Part shown: in pieces, positions 24,543-34,671 of the stretch
Numbering within the stretch: position 1 is the first letter of the stretch
Layout: each line of letters opens with the position of its first letter
Virus record (IMG/VR): IMGVR_UViG_3300002835_000066
Coordinates: 64,001 to 105,180 of that record
DNA length: 41,180 nt
Source: a virus
Lineage: Duplodnaviria; Heunggongvirae; Uroviricota; Caudoviricetes
Direction: 5' to 3' (one strand)
Translations under genes and position numbers: made by a program
The notes under the pieces: generated by a model
Told to the model about the DNA's origin: nothing
Seen by the model: only the letters and a program-made list of their open reading frames with translations
Database searches by the model: none

Positions 24543-27029
24543 ATGACTAACCCAAACACGCTATCGGGCCCTGCAAGTGACGATAGTGGTCAAGGACAAC
24601 CAAACTCTGCTAACTCTTCACCTACCCCAAACTCAGCAGATTTGGGCGATGAACAACTTTCGAATATAGAAAACGATTTTGATAATGAATCAAGTTCAGG
24701 GGCAAGACAAGACAACGAAGAAGGCATCGATGATTTAGGTGAGCCAGGTACTCCTCCTTATGAAAATGAAGGGTTCATTAGAATTCCAATATCGGATAGC
24801 GGCAAACCAGGCATTAGATTAAAAAATGCTTTAGGATATTTGGCTAGCTATACCTATCAAATTAGTCTGTACATGATTACTCCAAGAGCATATGAATACT
24901 TCATAAAGACTGGACGGAGAGATGTCACTGCCTTCAATAAAGCAAACCTAGATGATGTACAAGGCGGCGCCTTCTTAGTTGCTCAAAGTGCCGGTATGGG
25001 AGGCCCTGCTGAAAGAGCCCCAGGTTTTAACTTAGATTATTATATTGATAATCTAGTATTCACCCACCAAACTGCTGCAAAAGAAACGGCTGGACCATTA
25101 GTAAAGACCGACTATAAATTCAGAATTACAGAACCATATGGATTTTCGTTTGTATCTAAACTAGCTAGAGCTACTAAAGCACTTGAAGATTCTGCTGGCG
25201 GACCTAACTTACAAAATTACAAAGGAGACGAAAATGCCAATCCTACGAAGAATTTCTTCATCATTGGTGTTAGATTTTTCGGCTGGGACCAAGCAGGTAA
25301 TCAAGTTTTGGGCGATGAAGAATTTGATGGTCAAGCACTTGATCCCAACGCTAGCGGAACCGGCGCACTTTTTGAAACGTACAACGAAATTGTTTTTACA
25401 GAATTCAAATTTAAAATTGATGGTAGATCAACAGTGTATGATGTCAAGGCACAGCCGATTGACATATCATCCACTGTCAATGCAACGAAGGGGACAAACC
25501 CTGATAATAAAAGCGTAAGCGGCAGAACGGTTAGAGACTTGTTAGTTGGTCCCAACGGTCTACTAACTAAACTCAATGCCGAAGAAAAAAAGCTGGTACC
25601 AAAATCAGCAGAGTATCCTATAACATATAAGATTCAATGGTTAGGTGATGATATTGAGCAATTAGCAGTATCTCCTGTAGTAACTGATAACATGAAAAGC
25701 AAGATGAACTTGCCTAATAGCAACGCAAAAAATACAAATGAGTCAAATGACGCATTAGCTATAAAAACAACGCCGAACAAGAATGAAGTTCAAACGTCTA
25801 TCGGTAAAGTTCCTATCACGCAGGCAATCGAACAGATATTTGTACGGAGTAAGTTTATGCTTGATGCATTAACTAAAAACTACAAAGATGACAACGAAGC
25901 CAACCCAGAAACTAATGAACCAGGGTCTGCTGAAGGAACTGGCAAGAAGATGGTGTGGTTCAACATTAGTCCTAAAATAACTAACATCCAATGGGACAAA
26001 AAGCGAAAAGACTGGGCATATGATATAGTATATGTTATACAAACATATTTGGTTCCGTCGACTCCAAGTAATTACGTAAGTGAAAAGACCAAGTATTATG
26101 GTCCTCATAAAAGATACGATTATTGGTATACCGGGCAGAATACTGAAATTATAGGATATGAACAGAAAATCGATAATCAATATTTCCTAGCGACATATAC
26201 TGATCCAGCAAATACAAATGATAGTGACACCGGAGATACTAAAACAGCAGTTAATAGACAGTCCGGTGGCGATAAAACCGGCTCTGGTGGGACACCTTCA
26301 AATGAAGCAATCAATAACTTTAGGACTAGTCTATATGACCCTGCAAGCTTTGCAACTGCTAAAATTCAAATAATGGGCGATCCAGATTTTATTATGCATG
26401 ATACAGCATCGGTCGATACTAGCACAACCGGTTCAACGTCATACAATAAATTTTATGATTCAAACGGTACTACAGTTAACCCAACCGGTGGCCAAGTATT
26501 CATTGAGGTAAACTTTAACGAAGCGGTAGATTATTCTCGTACCGGAACTATAGAACAGGACGCAATTGAACAAGATCTACCACCAGTAGAAGGGGAACCG
26601 GGTACTTTATTAATCAATGATAGTATCGAATTTTGGAGATTCAATGATCCTGAACAGGCAGCGGAGGTCAAGGGTATCCCGTATCAAATTTTATCGGTGA
26701 CCAATAGTCTAGTTAATGGGGCCTTTACTGCGACAATATCGGCGGTTATTAACCAAGACTTAGCGGATGATTCACTCAGCGATGAGGGCAAAGACGAAGC
26801 AAGAGAAGAAGGACTTGATACGACCGAAGAAGCGACCCCCACAACGGAAGCCGCAAATAACAATGCAGTGAATCCGCCTCCTGATAAGCCAACAACTAAC
26901 ACTAACCCAGTTAACGCTGGCCGTTCTCCTGGGATTTTATCAGGTCTCGCATCAACAAACCGCGGGACACCAATAATTGACCCACAGACAGGACAAGTAC
27001 TTGGTTACTCACAAGATGCTGATACTTAA
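24543..27029 (+). CDS. baseplate hub/tail protein (gp27-like position)
   Basis: 828 aa between gp53 and spike; FRITEPYGFSF and AKIQIMGDPDF motifs; acidic termini. Confidence 0.6.
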   Translation: MTNPNTLSGPASDDSGQGQPNSANSSPTPNSADLGDEQLSNIENDFDNESSSGARQDNEEGIDDLGEPGTPPYENEGFIRIPISDSGKPGIRLKNALGYLASYTYQISLYMITPRAYEYFIKTGRRDVTAFNKANLDDVQGGAFLVAQSAGMGGPAERAPGFNLDYYIDNLVFTHQTAAKETAGPLVKTDYKFRITEPYGFSFVSKLARATKALEDSAGGPNLQNYKGDENANPTKNFFIIGVRFFGWDQAGNQVLGDEEFDGQALDPNASGTGALFETYNEIVFTEFKFKIDGRSTVYDVKAQPIDISSTVNATKGTNPDNKSVSGRTVRDLLVGPNGLLTKLNAEEKKLVPKSAEYPITYKIQWLGDDIEQLAVSPVVTDNMKSKMNLPNSNAKNTNESNDALAIKTTPNKNEVQTSIGKVPITQAIEQIFVRSKFMLDALTKNYKDDNEANPETNEPGSAEGTGKKMVWFNISPKITNIQWDKKRKDWAYDIVYVIQTYLVPSTPSNYVSEKTKYYGPHKRYDYWYTGQNTEIIGYEQKIDNQYFLATYTDPANTNDSDTGDTKTAVNRQSGGDKTGSGGTPSNEAINNFRTSLYDPASFATAKIQIMGDPDFIMHDTASVDTSTTGSTSYNKFYDSNGTTVNPTGGQVFIEVNFNEAVDYSRTGTIEQDAIEQDLPPVEGEPGTLLINDSIEFWRFNDPEQAAEVKGIPYQILSVTNSLVNGAFTATISAVINQDLADDSLSDEGKDEAREEGLDTTEEATPTTEAANNNAVNPPPDKPTTNTNPVNAGRSPGILSGLASTNRGTPIIDPQTGQVLGYSQDADT

Positions 27030-27041
27030 GGAATTTGGAAT

Positions 27042-30000
27042 ATGCCAACAGATAATTTTAAGCCAAAAGGTCCAGTAAAAAGCGATAGTGCGGATTCCGG
27101 TGGCGCGGATGCAAAAAAGTATCCAGTCATTGGAATCGTCAAAGACAATATTGACTCAACTAGAACCGGCCGAATTAGTGTTGCGCTGCAAGATGGTAAA
27201 GGTTCGTTAGAGCCAAACGAAGGCCCATGGACTAGCGTACAGCACCTTAGCACTTTCTTTGGTTCTGTTAGACCTAGCGCAGGCAGCGGTAGCGATGACT
27301 ACGGATCATACAAAACTAATCCAAGCGCATATGGACAATGGCAAGCACCCCCCGATATCGGTACTAAAGTAATTTGTATCTTTGTCAACGGTGATCCCGA
27401 TGCTGGATATTATATAGGTGCTGTGGCTGAACCCGAAACATTACAAATGGTTCCTGCAATTGGCTCTAGCGAATCGGTCACATTAAATGAGGGCGAAGCC
27501 AAAAGCTACGGCGGCGCAACTAGATTACCAGTAACCAATCTAAACACCAACAACACAGATAAAGCAGATAGTAATGAATTTTTAAATACCCCTAGACCGG
27601 TTCATAGTTACACTGCAAGTATCATGAGTCAGCAAGGTGTTATTCGTGATCCTATTAGAGGACCGATAAGTTCAAGTGCGCAACGTGAAGCCGCAAGTAG
27701 AGTTGGTTGGGGAGTATCAACTCCTGGCAGACCGATTTACGAAGGCGGATACAATGATGAAAATCTACCAGAAAATTTAGGCGGCGGGAAAGCAGAGCAG
27801 CTTAAAGTTATTTCTAGACGAGGTGGCCACAGCATGGTTATGGACGATGGGGACATTATTGGTAGAGACCAATTAATCCGCATTCGAACTTCGCTGGGTC
27901 ACCAAATATTAATGAGCGACGACGGTCAAACATTAATGATTTTACACAGTAATGGTCAAAGCTACATTGAGTTAGGCAAAGAAGGCACCGTTGATGTATT
28001 TGCTATGAACAGCATCAATATGCGTACTCAAGGCGATTTCAATATTCACGCTGATAGGGATGTCAACATTCAAGCTATGGAAAACTTGAATATTCAAGCA
28101 AAAAATATTCATACTAATTCAGAAGAAGAAACCAAATCAAGAGCTGGAACTGAGTATAGAATTAGTGCATTAACTAATTTTACTGCAAAAGCAGGTTTTG
28201 GCGCTGCAATTAAAGCAGATGGAGAAGCTAGTCTAGTCGGTGGTTTAAGAGCAGTTATCAAGGCTAAAATTAGGATAGACTTAAATTCAGGTTCACCTAT
28301 TCTAAAACCAAAAGATGTGCCGATCATTCCACTAATAGCACAGACAGACACGTTGTTTGACAAAGAAAAGGGTTGGGCAGCAGCACCTGCAAAACTGTTA
28401 ACTATTGCTTCACGGACTCCGGCTCACTATCCGTGGGCAAATGCAGGTCAAGGGGTAGATGTTAAAGTTAGTGGCGACTCCGAAGACAATTTACCAAGCC
28501 CGCCTTCTGCGGCAGTTCAAGCAGTAAACCAAGCGGCTGAAGGTTTACCAGCTGACCCGCCTAGTACTGCTACTGTATCCTCAGTCCCGCCGGTATCAGC
28601 AGTATCCGAAACTATGGACAAGACAACAACGGACGCTGTCTTAGGGTCAAGTGCAACATCAGCAGCCGAAGGCCCGGGACAAGAAGCTGTAACATCGGGA
28701 GCAGCTATTGTATCTCCGACAGACGCACCCAATATTAATGGAATTAATAGTGCATTAGGAGAAGCTGCTGCTACTATCGGCGGAGTATCTACTCAGGTAA
28801 CCGTCGCAGATAGGGCACTTTCTTCGCTTACCGGATCATTCAGCAATAATACAATAGCAATGGGTTCATTTGCACAAACACCAACTCAGTTAACTGTTAG
28901 TGGTATTCTAAAACCAGGCACAGCTACACTTATTAATGGACTAGCATCTTCTGGAAAAAATCTAACATCTACAACACCAGACATATTATTTGCTGGAAAA
29001 CCAGGTGCTGAAAATATCAATATGTTAGCAGAGAATACTACGGCTCAGGCAGCGTCACTTGTATCAGTTCTAAAAGTAGCCCAGCAACAGTTAAATGATG
29101 TTGGTGTTCTATCCGGAAAAGAATCATCTACGCAATCTGCCGGTCTCATAACAGCGGCAGCTAGTTTTGGAACCGACGCCGTAATCGACACGGTACGAGA
29201 TTTCGGTACAAATATACTTCCGTCTAGCAATGCTAGTCAATTAGCAAGTAGAATAATAACGACCGATTCGGTATCCGCTGCTATCTCTAGTTCACAAGCA
29301 TTAAGAACAAACGTAACAGATCAACTAAGCAACCTAACAGGTGTCAATACCGGCGCGGTACTTAGCACTATTGGTAAAGGTATATCGGCCGCTAACTTAG
29401 CTAGCACTTTAGGCGGTTTAGGCGGTATTGCTAACTCCCTAAAATCTGTCAGCGGCGTACTAGGAGGACTTCGTGGAGGAATTGTTTCATTAACTAGTTT
29501 GCTTAACTCAGTTAAGGGTATTTCTGGGTCAGCATATGCGGCGGTGCTAGCCGGATTCACTAAACTAGAACCTAATGTTCCGCAGTACCTAAGCGAGTTT
29601 GCTAAGAAAACTTCTGCAATATCTACAATAGTTTCTAGAGCTAGCTCTTCTCCTAATTCAGGTAGCTCACTAAACTCTTTAGGCAACACATTAAGCAGTT
29701 TGGCATCAAATGCAACTTCATTAGCTAACGATCTTCAAACAGCAGAAAGGGTTACGAATAGTATCGAAAATACATTTAATAATTCAATTGATAGCATAAC
29801 GGGAATAGGAAACAATATTGGCGGTGCGCCTTCAAGATTGCCAAATACCATCAATGGTGGTATTCTTGACAATGTATTAGTAGAAACACAATCTAATGCT
29901 AATACATCGCTATCTACATTGATTGATTCAGTATCTGGTACAAATGACCAACAGTTGATAAATGCGGTAAGTGATTCCACTGATATGATTAACAGTATGG

Positions 30001-30797
30001 CTGGAGCCTCAACCGCACTAGCGTCAGGTGGACTCACCAGTCTAGCGAATGCAGCTAGAGTTACGCAGTCCGGTGGTGGAGCAGCAACCGCATCAGCACT
30101 AGCTAGTGGGTTATCTAATTTACCGGGAGGAATAAGAACAGTTTCAACTGTAACTAATTTAGCAGCCAATGCTGTTAACTCACTGCCCGGCACAAGTATA
30201 CTAACCAGTGAGATGAAAAATATTCAAACACAAGTGCTGAACGGGTTAAGCACGGTATCATCTGTTGCCAATTCGTTAGGAAGTTTTGCTAATAGAGCAG
30301 GTGGTCTAACATCAGCTATCACATCTAGATTGCCACTTGGTCAAGCCTCACAACTATTATCATCCTTGTCTGCACTGGGAGCTGGCGGCGCAAGTCCTAT
30401 CAAATTACCTAGCATAGGAATCAATACGATAAACAGACAATCTCTTACAGCACAGATAAAAAGTGTCATAGGTGACCCTGGAATTCCAGAACCCAATTTA
30501 TTGGGAGAAATCAGTGAATCAACTATTGCAAGTTTTGAGCAAGAACTTCTTACAGCACTAGAAGATATACAAAAGATTGAAGATGAATTGAATGCTGCCC
30601 TTCAAGTTGAAAATACTGCCTATGCAAGACTCACTGCTATAGAAAGAGACGCTCCGTTTGGGGATCCGGCAATCGCTGAAGCTAGAAGAATTTATATTGA
30701 AGCCACTAACAGATCAAGTGAATTAATGGACCAATATATAAAGCTGACAGAAGCGGATAGTACTTCGATAAATACTAGTAATACAGGATTAGTATAA
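27042..30797 (+). CDS. gp5: central spike protein (gp5/VgrG-like) with a long Ser/Ala/Gly-rich extension
   Basis: OB-fold GIVKDNIDSTRTGRISV...YGQWQAPPDIGTKVICIF, RRGGHSMVMDDG, IELGKEGTVDV beta-helix repeats, RTPAHYPW; 1251 aa. Confidence 0.75.
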   Translation: MPTDNFKPKGPVKSDSADSGGADAKKYPVIGIVKDNIDSTRTGRISVALQDGKGSLEPNEGPWTSVQHLSTFFGSVRPSAGSGSDDYGSYKTNPSAYGQWQAPPDIGTKVICIFVNGDPDAGYYIGAVAEPETLQMVPAIGSSESVTLNEGEAKSYGGATRLPVTNLNTNNTDKADSNEFLNTPRPVHSYTASIMSQQGVIRDPIRGPISSSAQREAASRVGWGVSTPGRPIYEGGYNDENLPENLGGGKAEQLKVISRRGGHSMVMDDGDIIGRDQLIRIRTSLGHQILMSDDGQTLMILHSNGQSYIELGKEGTVDVFAMNSINMRTQGDFNIHADRDVNIQAMENLNIQAKNIHTNSEEETKSRAGTEYRISALTNFTAKAGFGAAIKADGEASLVGGLRAVIKAKIRIDLNSGSPILKPKDVPIIPLIAQTDTLFDKEKGWAAAPAKLLTIASRTPAHYPWANAGQGVDVKVSGDSEDNLPSPPSAAVQAVNQAAEGLPADPPSTATVSSVPPVSAVSETMDKTTTDAVLGSSATSAAEGPGQEAVTSGAAIVSPTDAPNINGINSALGEAAATIGGVSTQVTVADRALSSLTGSFSNNTIAMGSFAQTPTQLTVSGILKPGTATLINGLASSGKNLTSTTPDILFAGKPGAENINMLAENTTAQAASLVSVLKVAQQQLNDVGVLSGKESSTQSAGLITAAASFGTDAVIDTVRDFGTNILPSSNASQLASRIITTDSVSAAISSSQALRTNVTDQLSNLTGVNTGAVLSTIGKGISAANLASTLGGLGGIANSLKSVSGVLGGLRGGIVSLTSLLNSVKGISGSAYAAVLAGFTKLEPNVPQYLSEFAKKTSAISTIVSRASSSPNSGSSLNSLGNTLSSLASNATSLANDLQTAERVTNSIENTFNNSIDSITGIGNNIGGAPSRLPNTINGGILDNVLVETQSNANTSLSTLIDSVSGTNDQQLINAVSDSTDMINSMAGASTALASGGLTSLANAARVTQSGGGAATASALASGLSNLPGGIRTVSTVTNLAANAVNSLPGTSILTSEMKNIQTQVLNGLSTVSSVANSLGSFANRAGGLTSAITSRLPLGQASQLLSSLSALGAGGASPIKLPSIGINTINRQSLTAQIKSVIGDPGIPEPNLLGEISESTIASFEQELLTALEDIQKIEDELNAALQVENTAYARLTAIERDAPFGDPAIAEARRIYIEATNRSSELMDQYIKLTEADSTSINTSNTGLV
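30767..30774 (+). promoter_or_regulatory. late promoter GATAAATA inside the 3' end of the spike gene
   Basis: 24 nt upstream of the gp25 ATG (30799). Confidence 0.55.
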
Positions 30798-30798
30798 A

Positions 30799-31248
30799 AT
30801 GGCAACTTATTTAGGATTTAGTACGCAGAATGTTGGTAAGTCTCAAACTACTAACGCCTTGTCTGGTAGAGACGGCGGTCCTGGTGGAATAAGACAATCA
30901 ATAGTATGGGGCAAAAAGTTTAAATTAGTCGATACTAAATTAGTAGTGCAAGACTTTATCAATGCTATGAATATACGTAAGGGGACTAAAGTAGGTCAAC
31001 CCGGTTACGGTACTTCATTGTGGGATTATGTATTTGATACTAATACCCAGGCTGTACGAGCGCAAATTGAAAATGAAGTCCGAAGACTAGCTCGCCTTGA
31101 TCCTAGAATCATTCTTAACTCAGTAGCAATTTACTCAAATTCTAATGGAGTTTTAATTGAACTTCAAATGGCGGTAGCACCTATGAACGAAGCATTCGTA
31201 ACTAAAATTAATGTCAGTTTAACCACAGAAACTGCCTCAATAGTCTAA
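30799..31248 (+). CDS. gp25: baseplate wedge subunit gp25-like
   Basis: LVVQDFINAMNIRKGTKVGQPGYGTSLWDYVF...RLARLDPRI motif. Confidence 0.9.
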   Translation: MATYLGFSTQNVGKSQTTNALSGRDGGPGGIRQSIVWGKKFKLVDTKLVVQDFINAMNIRKGTKVGQPGYGTSLWDYVFDTNTQAVRAQIENEVRRLARLDPRIILNSVAIYSNSNGVLIELQMAVAPMNEAFVTKINVSLTTETASIV

Positions 31249-31265
31249 TCCACAGTTTTTTCTAT

Positions 31266-31273
31266 GATAAATA
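31266..31273 (+). promoter_or_regulatory. late promoter GATAAATA for gp6
   Basis: Intergenic, preceded by a T6 tract, 21 nt before ATG 31295. Confidence 0.7.
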
Positions 31274-31294
31274 TATTATCAATAGAGAGAAACT

Positions 31295-34200
31295 ATGGCA
31301 ACAAGTTCAAGACAATCAGCACTGTTCGGCCCCAACGACTGGAAAACTATTTACCAGACGTTCAACCAAGCAGACTTTCGTAGTTATGACTACAACACTT
31401 TGCGTAAAGCATTCATTGACTACTTACAATTAAATTATCCAGAAACATTTAATGACTATGTGGAGTCAAGTGAGTTTGTTGCACTGCTTGATGTTATTGC
31501 CTTTATGGGTCAAGGGCTTGCTTTCCGTAATGACTTGAATGCTCGTGAAAACTTTATTGATACTGCTGAACGTAGAGACAGCGTTGTTAAGCTTGCTAAT
31601 CTTGTGAGCTATACTCCAAAAAGAAATATCGCAGGTCAAGGCTATCTAAAAGTAACTAGTATAAAGTCTTCGCAAAATATTACTGACATTAACGGATTAA
31701 ATTTAAGCAATGTTCCTGTATTATGGAATGACCCAGCCAACCCAAATTGGTTAGAGCAGTTTAATACGATTATTAATGCAGCACTAATCGATACACAAAG
31801 AATCGGTAGACCGGGCAATGTTAGTGAAGTAGCTGGAGTAGACACCAGTGAGTATAGTATCCAAATTGCTCCCAATGCATTACCGATTGTACCTTTTACT
31901 AGCACAGTAGACGGCGTCAGCATGAACTTTGAGCTATGCAGCGTATCAAGCGTTGACAGTAATTCTATCTACGAAATACCACCGGCGCCCACCGGCAGAT
32001 TCAATATGGTATATCGTAACGATAAATTAGGATTCGGCTCACCAGATTCAGGTTTCTTCTTTTATTTTAAGCAAGGAGCCTTGCAAACATTTGATTTCAG
32101 CCTACAGCAGCAAATTGCTAATCAAAACATTAATATTGATATTCAAGGAATCAATAACACAGACACTTGGTTGTATAAACTCAATCAGGGTAACATAAGA
32201 GATTTGTGGCGCCAAGTAGAAAATGTATATGCCAACGCATACTTGCAAACTGAACGAACAGATAAGCAAATATTTTCGGTTAGCTCACGGTTCAATGATC
32301 AGGTAACTTATGTGTTCGGTGATGGTGTGTTCAGTGAAATCCCTGTAGGAAACTTTAGAGCATATGTAAGAGCTGGCAATGCGCTTACTTACACAATCTA
32401 TCCGTCAGACATGAATGGCTTGTCGGTGACGTTCACTTATGTTTCTCGTTTAGGCAGAGCAGAGATTTTGACACTTGGACTGTCATTGACACAAACAGTT
32501 ACTACAGCCCAAGCTAGAGAGTCTATTTCTAATATCAAACAGAGAGCGCCAACTAGATACTATACACAGAATCGCATGGTCAATGGGGAAGACTACAATA
32601 ACTTCCCATACACGTTGTATAGTTCAATAATCAAAAGTAAAGCAATCAACCGCTCAAGTGTTGGGGTTAGTAAAAACCTAGACCTGCTAGATCCAACTGG
32701 TAAGTATTCAAGTACCGTCAGTTATGGTAATGACGGGGGATTATATCTAGACAGTAATGATGGATTCCTAAATCTAACAATTAACAACTCTAGTGATATC
32801 ATTGCGTTCTTTACTGGTACATTGGCAAGTGTATTGACATTGAATAGAGCTACCCAGTACTATATACAAAATTATCCACGCTATAACGTGAATGCTAGTA
32901 GCGGCGATGGAGTAGTGTATTGGCAAACAAGCAACGTAACAGGCGATGCAGTTACTGGATATGTCTACAACAGAACAGGTAGCTTAGAGCAACCGGTTAG
33001 TGTCGGAACATTTAATACTAATAATTTAAAATATTTGACGACCGGTGCTATAGTAAAGTTCACTGCGCCTGATGGATTTTATTTTGATAATAATAATAGA
33101 CTAGTGCAAGGGATTCCCGGACCAAGTAACAGTACTTTTATTTGGACTACGGTATTGAATGTAATTAGCGACGGGTCAAATAATGGACAAGGAAGCTTTG
33201 CTAACGGTACTGGCCCTATTAAATTTAATGGCTATATTCCCGACGGCGCTATTGTAACTCAAATTATTCCTGTATTTGGAAATAGTATTCCTACTAGTGT
33301 AATTCAAGAAGCATTAATTAGAATGGAATTGAATCAAGATTTTACTCTTGTATTTGACAACTCATTATTAATTAATCAACTCAGATGGAGTGTGAAGAAA
33401 ATCACTGATCCAAATTGGTTTGTGAAATTTACTAGCATTGGTGAAAATAGATATTCTGTAACTTACAAATCACTAGTTTATTATTTTGGAAGTGTGGCAG
33501 ATACTAGATTTACGTTTGCTAAAAACGAGCTAGTATATGATCCCTTTACTGGTAAAATTATTCAAGATTTTATTGATGTTTTGGGAATAAACACTTTGCC
33601 CAACTCAGTAAACAGTATTGGTAAAAATACAAAGATCAATATCTTAGGACAGACAGTCCAGAGTGACGGGTATGTGGATGATTTCCAAGTTGAAGTTGCA
33701 GCGACCGATGTCAACAACAATCAACTAATTTTGAATCCAGACTTTTTCAATGAAATTACTGGATATGATCCTTTAGGTTCTAATGTCGGCATCTATGCGT
33801 TCTTTGAAATTCTCCAAGACCCGATTAATCTTACTAGACAATACTTGTTACCAACCACTGAGATCCAGTTTCAATATGCTACGCAAACTGATATTGAGTT
33901 AGTGAAGTATGATTATCCTGTTGGTCAAGTGTTTTATGCGTTCGGTGCAAATAAATTTTACAAAACAGTTCAAGATCAAACTGTAACAGTTCCCTTCTAT
34001 GTATTAGTAGAACAACCACAGTTCGTTGTAAAATTTGGAAGACAAGGACTTAGTTTTCAGTACAAGCACAATTCAAACAACACAAATAGAATTGATCCAG
34101 TAACTACTAATATCATTGACTTGTATCTAGTGACTCAGAGCTATTACACAGAATATCAAAATTATGTTGTTGATAGTACTAATACTATTCCTGAGCCAAA

Positions 34201-34663
34201 CAAACCTACAATTACTGAATTAGCAGCGCAATATCCTGAAATTCAAAACTATAAAATGTTGTCGGATTCGGTGATATTAAATAGTGTAGAATTTAAACCG
34301 TTGTTTGGTCCTAAGGCTGATCCAGCGTTGCAAGCAACTATCAAAGTAATCAAGACAAGGAATACTAATGCTAGTGATAGTGAAGTTCGTAGTGCAGTGT
34401 TAGCAGCCATGAACCAGTATTTTAATGTTAACAATTGGGACTTCGGAGACACTTTCTATTTCTCAGAACTTAGTGCCTATCTACACGCTGAATGTACAGA
34501 CCTTATTAGTTCGGCAGTGCTAGTACCTAGTGATCCGACTATGAGCTTTGGGGATTTGTATGAAATAAAATGTAGACCTTTCGAAATATTTGTTAATGCA
34601 GCAACCGCAAATGATGTGCTAGTTATAGCAGCACTCACACCCGACGAATTACAGGTACGATAA
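31295..34663 (+). CDS. gp6: baseplate wedge subunit gp6-like
   Basis: DFRSYDYNTLR, DYVESSEFVALLD, ENFIDTAERRDSV, FGDGVFSEIP, ESISNIKQRAP, QNRMVNGEDY, NWDFGDTFYFSEL. Confidence 0.93.
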   Translation: MATSSRQSALFGPNDWKTIYQTFNQADFRSYDYNTLRKAFIDYLQLNYPETFNDYVESSEFVALLDVIAFMGQGLAFRNDLNARENFIDTAERRDSVVKLANLVSYTPKRNIAGQGYLKVTSIKSSQNITDINGLNLSNVPVLWNDPANPNWLEQFNTIINAALIDTQRIGRPGNVSEVAGVDTSEYSIQIAPNALPIVPFTSTVDGVSMNFELCSVSSVDSNSIYEIPPAPTGRFNMVYRNDKLGFGSPDSGFFFYFKQGALQTFDFSLQQQIANQNINIDIQGINNTDTWLYKLNQGNIRDLWRQVENVYANAYLQTERTDKQIFSVSSRFNDQVTYVFGDGVFSEIPVGNFRAYVRAGNALTYTIYPSDMNGLSVTFTYVSRLGRAEILTLGLSLTQTVTTAQARESISNIKQRAPTRYYTQNRMVNGEDYNNFPYTLYSSIIKSKAINRSSVGVSKNLDLLDPTGKYSSTVSYGNDGGLYLDSNDGFLNLTINNSSDIIAFFTGTLASVLTLNRATQYYIQNYPRYNVNASSGDGVVYWQTSNVTGDAVTGYVYNRTGSLEQPVSVGTFNTNNLKYLTTGAIVKFTAPDGFYFDNNNRLVQGIPGPSNSTFIWTTVLNVISDGSNNGQGSFANGTGPIKFNGYIPDGAIVTQIIPVFGNSIPTSVIQEALIRMELNQDFTLVFDNSLLINQLRWSVKKITDPNWFVKFTSIGENRYSVTYKSLVYYFGSVADTRFTFAKNELVYDPFTGKIIQDFIDVLGINTLPNSVNSIGKNTKINILGQTVQSDGYVDDFQVEVAATDVNNNQLILNPDFFNEITGYDPLGSNVGIYAFFEILQDPINLTRQYLLPTTEIQFQYATQTDIELVKYDYPVGQVFYAFGANKFYKTVQDQTVTVPFYVLVEQPQFVVKFGRQGLSFQYKHNSNNTNRIDPVTTNIIDLYLVTQSYYTEYQNYVVDSTNTIPEPNKPTITELAAQYPEIQNYKMLSDSVILNSVEFKPLFGPKADPALQATIKVIKTRNTNASDSEVRSAVLAAMNQYFNVNNWDFGDTFYFSELSAYLHAECTDLISSAVLVPSDPTMSFGDLYEIKCRPFEIFVNAATANDVLVIAALTPDELQVR

Positions 34664-34666
34664 ATA
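34659..34666 (+). promoter_or_regulatory. late promoter GATAAATA (leaderless configuration) containing the gp6 stop codon
   Basis: GA-TAA-ATA then TAGAT-ATG(34672). Confidence 0.7.
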
Positions 34667-34671
34667 TAGAT

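Noticed and set aside
31265-31281. TGATAA-N5-TTATCA palindrome resembling a Fur box
   Set aside because: Spacing is 6-5-6 rather than the Fur 7-1-7, and the left half is explained by the late promoter.
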